Below, in pieces: positions 15,286-22,824 of a DNA stretch of 64,000 nucleotides. Made by a program: the position numbers and the translations under genes. Source of the DNA: Myxococcota bacterium (lineage in GTDB: Bacteria > Myxococcota_A > UBA9160 > JAFDDA01); assembly GCA_965228475.1 (NCBI GenBank), contig OZ245817.1, forward strand, positions 4,768,262 through 4,832,261, written 5' to 3'. The number at the start of each line of letters is the position of its first letter. Position 1 is the stretch's first letter. The notes below the pieces were generated by a model, which was not told the DNA's origin, made no database searches, and saw only the letters and a program-made list of their open reading frames with translations.

Positions 15286-15875
15286 GTCTCCTCCTCGCCA
15301 TCCGTGAAGTCGGCGAGCAGGCTGATGAACTGAGAAAGCTCGCGCCGCTCCTTCCACGAGAGCTTGCCGATGTCGTTGCCGGAGCTCGCGGCGAACTTCG
15401 TCACGCCGTCCTCAAGGCGGCGACTACGTCGCTTGACCGCGCCCGAAAGCACGCCGAGTGATCGCTCCGGCAGCTTGAAATGATTCTCGAGCTGATAGAG
15501 CGTGCGCAGGCTTGGCCGGAAGGCGGCATCCATTCGGATCTGATGGAGCTCGGCTTCGTCCACCGCGGCCCTGTCCGCCAGCTCTGCAAGGTTCAGCGAG
15601 TCACGGCGCATCAGCCGGTCGAGGAGCGTGTTCAGCCCTTCGTGAAGCTCATGCGCGGGGGCTTCCAGAGTGTCGGCGACGGTCGCTGCCATGTCGACAC
15701 GCGCGATGGCGCGATCGATGGCGAGCTCCGCTCGTTCCGCGATGGCCTCCGGGTCCTCCCCGTTGTCGCTCAGCGCCTCATCAATCTCCTCCTCGCTGGC
15801 TTCGAACACGAAATCAACGAACGCGTCATGCAGCGAGCGGGAAGAGTTTCGGGTGCTCTTCTTGCTCTGGGTCAT
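15282..15875 (-). CDS. XRE-family helix-turn-helix protein (putative repressor or anti-sigma-like partner of the protease)
   Basis: ORF 15282..15941 trimmed to the ATG at 15873-15875 (MTQSKKST), which overlaps the sigma gene stop (ATGA). Central Cro/C1-type HTH: LNLAELADRAAVDEAELHQIRMDAAFRPSLRTLYQLENHFKLP. Confidence 0.65.
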   Translation of the reverse strand: MTQSKKSTRNSSRSLHDAFVDFVFEASEEEIDEALSDNGEDPEAIAERAELAIDRAIARVDMAATVADTLEAPAHELHEGLNTLLDRLMRRDSLNLAELADRAAVDEAELHQIRMDAAFRPSLRTLYQLENHFKLPERSLGVLSGAVKRRSRRLEDGVTKFAASSGNDIGKLSWKERRELSQFISLLADFTDGEEET

Positions 15876-16486
15876 TCTGCCTCTCCTGCGCCTTCGAACT
15901 CTGCGAGCTTTCGAATGGCGCGCTTCCTGACGGTTTCCCATCTCTTGTTGTCGAACCCGAGTTCTGCCTTGATCTCGGCAGGCTTGAAGCCTTGCGCTTT
16001 GAGCTCGAGCACACCGAGGAGCTCTGGGTCGTCCGCAAGGAACTCGTTGAGCTTGTTCAGCGAGTCGCGGGCTGCAACCTGCGACTCGCTCGTTGCAGCG
16101 GGTGGCGCACCTCCGGGTGACACCGTGTCACCGAGGGGAGGTGGCCGATCGAGCGCCGTGGCTTCGAGATGTCGCTCGTCGGAGCGCTTGTTCTGCCCAA
16201 CGGTGTGGCTCGCGATGCTCTTCATCGTCTTCGAGAGGAACGTCGCCAACGACACGCCGTCCGGGGGCTGTCGGCGCTCCTCGAGCACCCGAACGACAGC
16301 CTCCTGAAGAAGGTCGTCCGGCTCCACGAAACGGGACTGCAGGCGAAAGTGCCCCCACCAACGCCGTGCAGCGACGAGTAGGCGCTTTCGGTCGGCATTG
16401 GTGATCGCGCGGAGCTTGGCAAGCAGCTCTTCGCCGGATCCTTCTTCTCTCTCATCTTCCGAATGAACGGTGTCGTCGTCGGCCAA
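15872..16486 (-). CDS. sigma-70 family (ECF-like) RNA polymerase sigma factor
   Basis: ORF 15872..16486. Region-2-like DDLLQEAVVRVLEERR and region-4-like LGVLELKAQGFKPAEIKAELGFDNKRWETVRKRAIRKL. TTG start with a GGAGG SD 7 nt upstream. Confidence 0.7.
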   Translation of the reverse strand: MADDDTVHSEDEREEGSGEELLAKLRAITNADRKRLLVAARRWWGHFRLQSRFVEPDDLLQEAVVRVLEERRQPPDGVSLATFLSKTMKSIASHTVGQNKRSDERHLEATALDRPPPLGDTVSPGGAPPAATSESQVAARDSLNKLNEFLADDPELLGVLELKAQGFKPAEIKAELGFDNKRWETVRKRAIRKLAEFEGAGEAE

Positions 16487-16536
16487 TCACGGGCCTCCCT
16501 TCGGATCGAATCTTCGTGCCCACGTCTGCGGTTCAC

Positions 16537-16571
16537 CCCTCTATGCCGGGCCCACGAAGGAACCGGGACAC
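16537..16571 (-). promoter_or_regulatory. promoter-like motif copy B (upstream of the sigma/HTH/protease trio)
   Basis: The minus strand reads GTGTCC-N16-CCGGCATAGAGGG, the same architecture and spacing as 14306-14340. It ends 50 nt upstream of the sigma TTG. Confidence 0.4.
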
Positions 16572-16574
16572 GGG

Positions 16575-16630
16575 AGGCACTAAAGAACTCGGAAGCCAGT
16601 TCCGGTCAAACCCAAGTGCCTGCTTTTTAT
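16575..16630. terminator. nested hairpin with T/A runs at the island's right edge (bidirectional terminator/insulator candidate)
   Basis: Outer stem AGGCAC (16575-80) pairs with GTGCCT (16616-21). Inner stem CGGAA (16590-94) pairs with TTCCG (16600-04). GCTTTTTA follows on the plus strand and AGTTCTTTA on the minus strand. The structure lies between the oxygenase stop and promoter motif B. Confidence 0.3.
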
Positions 16631-16660
16631 AAGGAAAAGGCGGATTGAGGTCGTGTGCGA

Positions 16661-16676
16661 TTCCCGCCACCTCCAC
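16661..16676 (+). repeat. right copy of the island-flanking direct repeat (TTCCCGCCACCTCCAC)
   Basis: 15/16 identical to 9355-9370. The extended context CGATTCCCGCCACCTCCACC is also tRNA/tmRNA 3'-end-like. It abuts the stop codon (16680-82) of the oxygenase gene. Confidence 0.7.
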
Positions 16677-16679
16677 CGC

Positions 16680-17657
16680 CTAGCGAACCAGAAAATCCTC
16701 GACCTGGATCTCGCTCCCGTAGTCCGCGAAGTCTCCGGCGGAGCGTTGGTCGCGGAAGTGGGACCAGGGCACGGGCCGGAACTTCGGGGCGTTCGACGGG
16801 TCGGCATCGAGGATCGGTTCGCAGACGGTTTCGTAGCGCGGGTTGTAGAAGAAGGGCGCGCTGAAGCGCTCGCGGTCGCGCCTCGCGAGGACGCGGTGGA
16901 CGGGGGAGCGATAGCGGTCGTTGCTCCAGACGCGGAGCATGTCGCCGAGGTTCACCGTGAACGCCCCCGGGACCGGCTCGACGAGCTCGAACCGGCCGCC
17001 CGTCTGGACCTGCAGGCTCGCCACGCGGTCCTGGTAGAGGATCGTGAGCGCGCCGGCGTCGCTGTGGGGATGGACGCCGAGGTGCCCGTCCTCGGGAAGG
17101 GGCGCCGCGTCGGGAGCGGCGGGCGAGTCGCACACGGGGTAGCGGTTCAGGCGGACGAAGCTCGAGTCGCCCTCGAAGAAGCGCGCGAGCCGGTCGGGGG
17201 CGAAGCCGAGACTCACGGACAGCGCGCGCAGCAGGAGCCGGCCGATCCGGCCGCACTCGGTGTGGTGGCGGAGCAGGGTGGCGCGCAGCTCGGGTTCGCC
17301 CGGAGGCCAGCGATTCGTGCCGTCGCTGTGGGCCGGCGCCGCGCCGCCGGCCGCGGGCTCGGCGCCGTAGTCGAAGACCTCCTTCCAGTCCGGCCGGTTC
17401 TTGGTGAGCTCTTCGTCGTAGTAGCCCCAGGCGTTGTCGCGCGAGCGGCGCACCTGCTGCTTGACCGAAGCCGGCAGCGCGAAGAAAACCCGCATGGCCG
17501 CCTCGAACCGGGCGAAATCGTCCTCGGACAGGCCGTGGCCCACGATGTGGAACACGCCGAGCGACCGGCTCGGGCCTTCGAGCTCCGCGGCGACGCGCTC
17601 GAGGGCTCGCGCGTCGCCCGCGTCGAGGCCGCCGATGTCGATGATCTCGGGGGGCAT
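16680..17657 (-). CDS. 2-oxoglutarate/Fe(II)-dependent oxygenase (isopenicillin N synthase-like)
   Basis: ORF 16680..17657. Motifs GVFHIVGHG, HSDAGALTILYQD, NLGDMLRVWSNDRYRSPVHRV. Confidence 0.85.
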   Translation of the reverse strand: MPPEIIDIGGLDAGDARALERVAAELEGPSRSLGVFHIVGHGLSEDDFARFEAAMRVFFALPASVKQQVRRSRDNAWGYYDEELTKNRPDWKEVFDYGAEPAAGGAAPAHSDGTNRWPPGEPELRATLLRHHTECGRIGRLLLRALSVSLGFAPDRLARFFEGDSSFVRLNRYPVCDSPAAPDAAPLPEDGHLGVHPHSDAGALTILYQDRVASLQVQTGGRFELVEPVPGAFTVNLGDMLRVWSNDRYRSPVHRVLARRDRERFSAPFFYNPRYETVCEPILDADPSNAPKFRPVPWSHFRDQRSAGDFADYGSEIQVEDFLVR

Positions 17658-17759
17658 GAGCCGTGATCCTACCGCGCGCCGCTCCCGATGCGACGAACGA
17701 AGAAGGCCGGACGGGAACCCCCATCCGGCCTCGTGATCTTCGCGGCTCCGGGCGTGGGC

Positions 17760-18362
17760 TCAGAGCTTGTCGGCCTCGGTCGAGAGGTAGGCGGCCACGC
17801 CCTCCGGGTTGGCCTGCATGCCCTTGGCGCCCTGGTTCCAGCCGGCGGGGCAGACCTCGCCGTTCGCCTCGTGGAACTGCAGCGCGTCGACCATGCGGAG
17901 CATCTCGTCGACGTTGCGGCCGAGCGGCAGGTCGTTCACGACCTGGTGGCGCACGTTCCCTTCCTTGTCGATCAGGAAGGAGCCGCGCAGCGCCACGCCG
18001 TCCGGCGTCTGGACGTCGTAGGCCCGGCAGATCTCCTGCTTGGTGTCGGCCACCAGCGTGTAGCCGACGGCGCCGATGCCGCCCCTCTCGACCGGCGTGT
18101 TGCGCCAGGCGTTGTGGGTGAACTGCGAATCGATGGAGACGCCGACCACCTCGACGTCCTTCGACTTGAAGGCATCCATGCGGTGATCGAACGCGATGAG
18201 CTCGCTCGGGCAGACGAACGTGAAGTCGAGCGGGTAGAAGAAGAGGACGGCGTACTTGCCCTTCCGCGCCTCGGAAAACGTGTAGCTGTCGACGATGGAG
18301 CCGTCGCCAAGAACGGCGGCCGCGGTGAAGTCCGGTGCAGGCTGACCTACGAGAACGCTCAT
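17760..18362 (-). CDS. typical 2-Cys peroxiredoxin
   Basis: ORF 17760..18362. Motif FFYPLDFTFVCPSEL, with a resolving-Cys region GEVCPAGW. Strong GGAGAAGGA SD. Confidence 0.9.
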   Translation of the reverse strand: MSVLVGQPAPDFTAAAVLGDGSIVDSYTFSEARKGKYAVLFFYPLDFTFVCPSELIAFDHRMDAFKSKDVEVVGVSIDSQFTHNAWRNTPVERGGIGAVGYTLVADTKQEICRAYDVQTPDGVALRGSFLIDKEGNVRHQVVNDLPLGRNVDEMLRMVDALQFHEANGEVCPAGWNQGAKGMQANPEGVAAYLSTEADKL

Positions 18363-18436
18363 GATCCTTCTCCTTCTTTCGAGACCCGAGGCGGGAGGGT
18401 AGCCGGAACCCCACTACCGACCAGGGGTCTCGCGGC

Positions 18437-18991
18437 CTACCGCCCGCACCCCCGCAGGAAGGATCGCTTGGCGAGCTGCACCGCCTCCTCGCTCGTGATG
18501 CGCTCGCGCTCGAGCAGCGACCATGCGGTGTAGAGCGTCATGTCGAAGAACTCGGCGAGCCACTCGGAGGGGACGTCCGGGGCGATCTCGCCCTGCGCCT
18601 TCGCGTAGTCCATCAAGGCCAGCGTCTCGCGCCGGGATGCCTCCATCCTCCGGTGCACCTCGGGGTCGGCTTCCGCTTCGGCCCAGAGGAGGGAGAGGAA
18701 GCGGTAGCGGTCGGCGATCGGGATCAGCACCTCGAAGGTCGCCGCGACGGCGTCGCTCGCGGTGGACTCGTACCGGGGGCGAAGCGCGGCGTCGATCTCG
18801 TCGAGGCATCGGAGCGCGATGCCCTGGATGAGCGCTTCCCGCGATGGGTAGTGTCGATAGAGCGTCGTCCGCCCGACGCCCGAGGCCTTGGCGACCTCCG
18901 ACATGCCCGCGGACGGATTGCCCAGGAAGGTCCGGATGCCCGCCTCGAGGATCGCGGCTTCGGACTGGACGACCCGCTGGTCCCTCTTCAT
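18437..18991 (-). CDS. TetR-family transcriptional regulator
   Basis: ORF 18437..19030 trimmed to the ATG at 18991 (MKRDQR), which has a GGGGAGA SD. HTH: MSEVAKASGVGRTTLYRHYPSREALI. Confidence 0.8.
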   Translation of the reverse strand: MKRDQRVVQSEAAILEAGIRTFLGNPSAGMSEVAKASGVGRTTLYRHYPSREALIQGIALRCLDEIDAALRPRYESTASDAVAATFEVLIPIADRYRFLSLLWAEAEADPEVHRRMEASRRETLALMDYAKAQGEIAPDVPSEWLAEFFDMTLYTAWSLLERERITSEEAVQLAKRSFLRGCGR

Positions 18992-19058
18992 GGCTCTCCC
19001 CTGGCCTCCGAGCCGAGAATAACGGTACACGGTTGTGCCGAAAACAGGACTCCGTTAT

Positions 19059-19074
19059 GGTACATAAGTGTACC
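19059..19074. promoter_or_regulatory. perfect palindrome GGTACATAAGTGTACC in the divergent TetR/Rieske intergenic region (operator candidate)
   Basis: Read directly from the sequence as 6-4-6 dyad symmetry. A related half-site, ACGGTACAC, lies at 19022-19030. This is an AT-rich patch in a high-GC genome. Confidence 0.45.
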
Positions 19075-19103
19075 GTATCTCGCGCCCTGGAGGAGGACCC
19101 TCG

Positions 19104-20261
19104 ATGCTTCTGAACGAAATGCAGCGAATCACCGCCCAGCCCCTCGGCGAGGCCGAGGCCCTGCCCTTCGGGAGCTACCGCGACCCCGAGTACTTCGAGC
19201 TCGAGCAGCGGGAGATCTTCGGCCGGGACTGGGTCTTCGTCTGCACCGAGGCGGATCTTCCCCGGCCCGGCGACTACCAGGCGCTCGTCCTCGCCGGCGA
19301 GCCCCTGGTCGTGCTCCGCGGAAAGGACGGAACGCTGCGCGCCCTCTCGAACGTCTGCCGGCACCGGGGCGCCGTGATGCTGCAGGGAAGCGGGAACGCG
19401 AACAAGATCGTGTGCCCCTACCACGCCTGGACCTACACGGACGGCGGCAGCCTCGCCGGCGTCCCCCACTGCGGCAGCGTCGAGGTCGACCGGGAGGCGC
19501 ACGGGCTGCGCCGGTTCCGGCTCGACTGCCGCTTCGGGCTCGTCTTCGTCAGCCTGAACGAAGAAGCGCCCGCGCTCGCGGAGCGCTTCCGGGGCCTCGA
19601 GCGCTACCTCGCTCCCTACGGAATCGAGAACTTCGTCCACGTCTCCGCGATCGAGCGCCACGCGTGGCGCGCGAACTGGAAGCTCCCCATGGAGAACTTC
19701 GTCGAGGGCTACCACTTCTTCGCCGTCCATCGTGAAACGGTCGAGGCCGCGGCATCGACCCGGGATTGCTTCTACGTCGACGGCCACGCGGACTGGTCGA
19801 TCACCGGCGGCCGTCAGCTCGACGAACCCTCGACGCTCAAAGACTGGGTCCTGCGCAAGCCGAGCGAGGTCGAGTACCTCTCGATCTGCCTGCCCCCGAA
19901 CTTCGTGTGCAACCTCTACGAGGGCTACATGACCTGGGCGCGGGTCCTGCCGACGGGGGCGACGGCGTGCGAGATCGCCACTGGGTACGCCGCCGCGAGC
20001 GCGCATCCCGTGAGCGAGGAGCTAAAGGCCCTGAACGAGAAGATCTTCGGCGAGGACCGGGAGATCTGCGAACGCGTGCAGGAAGGTGTGTCGAGCCGGC
20101 AGGCGAAGGGCGGCCGGCTCGTGGAGCTCGAGCGAGCCGTCGTCGACTTCCACCAGTACCTGGGCAAGCGGCTCTTCGACGAGGATCACAGCCGCCGATT
20201 CCGGACCGAGCACGCGGCCCGCTTCTCCGCGCCCGAGCCTGCGGCGAGCGCCTCGCCCTAG
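19104..20261 (+). CDS. Rieske [2Fe-2S] aromatic-ring-hydroxylating oxygenase, alpha subunit-like
   Basis: ORF 19068..20261. Rieske motif CRHRG..(17)..CPYHAW. The ATG at 19104 follows a GGAGGAGGA SD. Confidence 0.8.
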   Translation: MLLNEMQRITAQPLGEAEALPFGSYRDPEYFELEQREIFGRDWVFVCTEADLPRPGDYQALVLAGEPLVVLRGKDGTLRALSNVCRHRGAVMLQGSGNANKIVCPYHAWTYTDGGSLAGVPHCGSVEVDREAHGLRRFRLDCRFGLVFVSLNEEAPALAERFRGLERYLAPYGIENFVHVSAIERHAWRANWKLPMENFVEGYHFFAVHRETVEAAASTRDCFYVDGHADWSITGGRQLDEPSTLKDWVLRKPSEVEYLSICLPPNFVCNLYEGYMTWARVLPTGATACEIATGYAAASAHPVSEELKALNEKIFGEDREICERVQEGVSSRQAKGGRLVELERAVVDFHQYLGKRLFDEDHSRRFRTEHAARFSAPEPAASASP

Positions 20262-20319
20262 GCGGGGACGCGATCCTTCGAAGCAGCGCTAGGCTTCGCG
20301 GAGCGAGGAGGATCGACGG

Positions 20320-20547
20320 ATGGGTGAGCGAGAAGAACTGCGAGACCGGATCGAGGCGAAGCGGAAGCGGCTCGAGGCGCGCCTCATCGAGCTCCGGGCC
20401 GACTCCCGGAGCGAGGCGCGGGAGAAGTCGAAGGAGCTCGAGGCGAAGCTCGACGCGCTCGCCCAGGACCTGAAGGGCGGCTGGGACGACCTGACGGAAG
20501 GCGTCGCGGCGAAGCTCAACTCCTGGTTGAAGCGGGACGACGACTGA
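20320..20547 (+). CDS. small charged coiled-coil protein, hypothetical
   Basis: ORF 20320..20547 (75 aa) with a GAGGAGGA SD. Heptad-like Glu/Lys/Arg-rich sequence. No family recognised. Confidence 0.5.
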   Translation: MGEREELRDRIEAKRKRLEARLIELRADSRSEAREKSKELEAKLDALAQDLKGGWDDLTEGVAAKLNSWLKRDDD

Positions 20548-20684
20548 GCCACCGCACCCGACGCGACCGCTCGAGCCCGAAGGGGACGAGCCTAACCGGA
20601 CGACTCCTGCCCTGGGCGGCCCTGGCGCTCGCCGCGTGTGCTTCGACCGGCTCGTCGCAGCAGGCGGCGCCGAGCTTCGAAACC

Positions 20685-21452
20685 GTGGCACGGTCCGAGG
20701 TCCGGTTCGTCCCGCTGAACCCCGCCCGCGGCGACGCGAGCCCGAAGGCCGGCGTCCTTTGGGGTGACCTGCGCAAGGACGTCCCGACCGGAGCGATCAT
20801 CCAGTTCGCAAGCGGGTTCTCCTCCCCGCCGCACATCCACAACGTCACCTACCGCGGCGTCGTGATCGAAGGCGCGCTCCACAACGACGACCCGGACGCG
20901 GCGAAGCACTGGATGGGGCCCGGCTCCTTCTGGACGCAGCCGGCTGGCGAATCCCACATCACCGCGGCCGCCGAGAGCGGCAAGGCCGTGGCGTTCCTCG
21001 AGATCCTCGAGGGGCCCTACCTCGTGAAGCCGCCCGGCGAAGCCTTCGACAACGGCGAACGCCCCGTGAACGTCGACGCGAGGAACGTCGTGTGGCTCGA
21101 CGCGGACGACGTGACTTGGATCGACGCGAACGGCACGGAAGAGGCCGAGGGGTCCGCGATGGCCTTCCTCTGGAAAGGGCCGCAGGACTCCGCCCCAAAC
21201 GGATCGTTCCTGAAGCTGCAGCCGGGTTTCCGGGGAACGCTACGCAGCGCCGGAGGCTCGCTGCGCGCGGTGGTCATCCAGGGCCGCCTCGATCACCGGC
21301 GATCCGGCGATGCCACGGGCCAGGGGCTCGGCCCGGGCAGCTACTTCGGCTCGTCCCACGGCGGCGAGCACGACCTCACGTGCGCGGGCGAAGCCGAGTG
21401 CCTGGTCTACGTCAGCGCCGACGGAAAGTACGGGCTCGAGCAGCGGCCCTGA
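20685..21452 (+). CDS. tandem cupin-like protein (DUF4437-like); 5' end uncertain
   Basis: ORF 20685..21452. Cupin-like SSPPHIHNVTYRGVVIEG. The in-frame upstream sequence encodes a lipoprotein-type signal (see findings), but no ATG/GTG/TTG precedes it. Confidence 0.55.
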   Translation: MARSEVRFVPLNPARGDASPKAGVLWGDLRKDVPTGAIIQFASGFSSPPHIHNVTYRGVVIEGALHNDDPDAAKHWMGPGSFWTQPAGESHITAAAESGKAVAFLEILEGPYLVKPPGEAFDNGERPVNVDARNVVWLDADDVTWIDANGTEEAEGSAMAFLWKGPQDSAPNGSFLKLQPGFRGTLRSAGGSLRAVVIQGRLDHRRSGDATGQGLGPGSYFGSSHGGEHDLTCAGEAECLVYVSADGKYGLEQRP

Positions 21453-21558
21453 CCCCGCACCGTCCCCACCCCCGCAAGCTCCCGGCGCTTGGACCCGCCG
21501 GACGCCCCCGCGCTAAGCTAGGAGGCTGCCCGCGGAGGTGCGGGCCCGGAGCCGTTTC

Positions 21559-22824
21559 ATGAGCGAGAACCAGTACCAGGCCGAGATCGAAGGCATCTGC
21601 AAGCGGGCGCGGGCGGCGTCGATCGCGGTGGCTTCGCTGTCTTCGGCGCAAAAGGATGGCTGGTTGCTCCACGCGGCCGAGCGGCTCGAGGCCGGGAAGG
21701 ACGGGATCCTCGCAGCGAACCGGGCGGACATGGAGGCCGCCGAGAAGGCCGGCGTTTCGCGGCCGATCGTGAACCGGCTCTCCCTCGAAGGCGGCAAGTG
21801 GGAGAACATGGTGGCGGGGCTGCGCGACGTCGCGGCGCTGCCGGACCCCGTCGGCTCGATCAGCGAGATGCGGGTGCGGCCGAACGGCCTGCGCGTGGGG
21901 CGCATGCGCATCCCGCTCGGCGTGATCGCGATGATCTACGAAGCGCGGCCGAACGTCACCGTCGATGCGGCGGCGCTCTGCGTGAAGGCGGGCAACGCCT
22001 GCGTGCTGCGCGGCGGGAAGGAAGCCTTCCAGGCGAACATGGCCCTGGCCGAGGTGCTGCGCGCCGCGGCCGCGGAGTGCGGCCTGCCCGAGGATGCCGT
22101 GCAGGTCTTCCGCACGACGGACCGTGAGGCCGTCGCGCCGCTCCTCCAGATGGACCGCTACGTGGATCTCCTGATCCCGCGCGGCGGCAAGGCGCTCGTG
22201 CAGCGCGTGATGGCCGAGAGCAAGATCCCGGTGATCGCCCACGACGAGGGCGTCTGCCACGTCTTCCTCGACGAGAGCGCCCAGACCGAGATGGCGCGCG
22301 AGATCGTGCTCGACAGCAAGATCAAGCAGATGGCGGTGTGCAACGGCCTCGAGACCCTGCTCGTGCACCGCGGCGCCACGCGCACGGTGCTGCCGACGGT
22401 GCTGAAGGGCCTCCACGAGGCGGGCATCGAGGTCCGCGGCTGCCCGGAGACCTGCGAGGTCGACCCGAACGTCGTGCCCGCCGCGGACGCCGACTGGGCC
22501 GCCGAGTACCTCGACAAGATCCTCGCCGTCCGCGTGGTGGGCGGGCTCGACGAGGCGATCGAGCACATCCAGACCTACGGCTCGGACCACACCGAGATCA
22601 TCGTCACCGAGAACTACAGCAACTCGGAGGCCTTCATCCGGCGCTGCAACTCCTCCGCCGTCGGCGTGAACTGCTCGACGGCATTCTCGGACGGCTTCCG
22701 CCTCGGCCTCGGCGCCGAGATCGGCGTCTCGACGACGAAGCTCCACGCCTACGGACCCATGGGCCTCGAAGGGCTCACGACGCAGAAGTTCGTGATGTTC
22801 GGCGAGGGCCAGCTGCGCGAATGA
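21559..22824 (+). CDS. proA: glutamate-5-semialdehyde dehydrogenase
   Basis: ORF 21538..22824. Motifs IPLGVIAMIYEARPNVTVDAAALCVKAGNACVLRGGKEA and NCSTAFSDG. The ATG at 21559 has a GGAG SD. Confidence 0.9.
   Translation: MSENQYQAEIEGICKRARAASIAVASLSSAQKDGWLLHAAERLEAGKDGILAANRADMEAAEKAGVSRPIVNRLSLEGGKWENMVAGLRDVAALPDPVGSISEMRVRPNGLRVGRMRIPLGVIAMIYEARPNVTVDAAALCVKAGNACVLRGGKEAFQANMALAEVLRAAAAECGLPEDAVQVFRTTDREAVAPLLQMDRYVDLLIPRGGKALVQRVMAESKIPVIAHDEGVCHVFLDESAQTEMAREIVLDSKIKQMAVCNGLETLLVHRGATRTVLPTVLKGLHEAGIEVRGCPETCEVDPNVVPAADADWAAEYLDKILAVRVVGGLDEAIEHIQTYGSDHTEIIVTENYSNSEAFIRRCNSSAVGVNCSTAFSDGFRLGLGAEIGVSTTKLHAYGPMGLEGLTTQKFVMFGEGQLRE

Larger units (their letters stand above)
9355..16676. mobile_element. 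degenerate genomic (defence) island, no integrase detected
   Basis: Bounded by the 16-bp direct repeat. GC is visibly lower (hand-sampled 52-67%) than the flanks (70-75%). All 9 genes are on the minus strand and have accessory or defence-type functions. The island interrupts the obg-proB ... proA-nadD-rsfS cluster. Confidence 0.6.

Noticed and set aside
16627-18414. 595-aa minus-strand ORF spanning the oxygenase and peroxiredoxin loci
   Set aside because: Arg-rich nonsense translation. The same strand encodes two well-supported genes in other frames (16680..17657 and 17760..18362).
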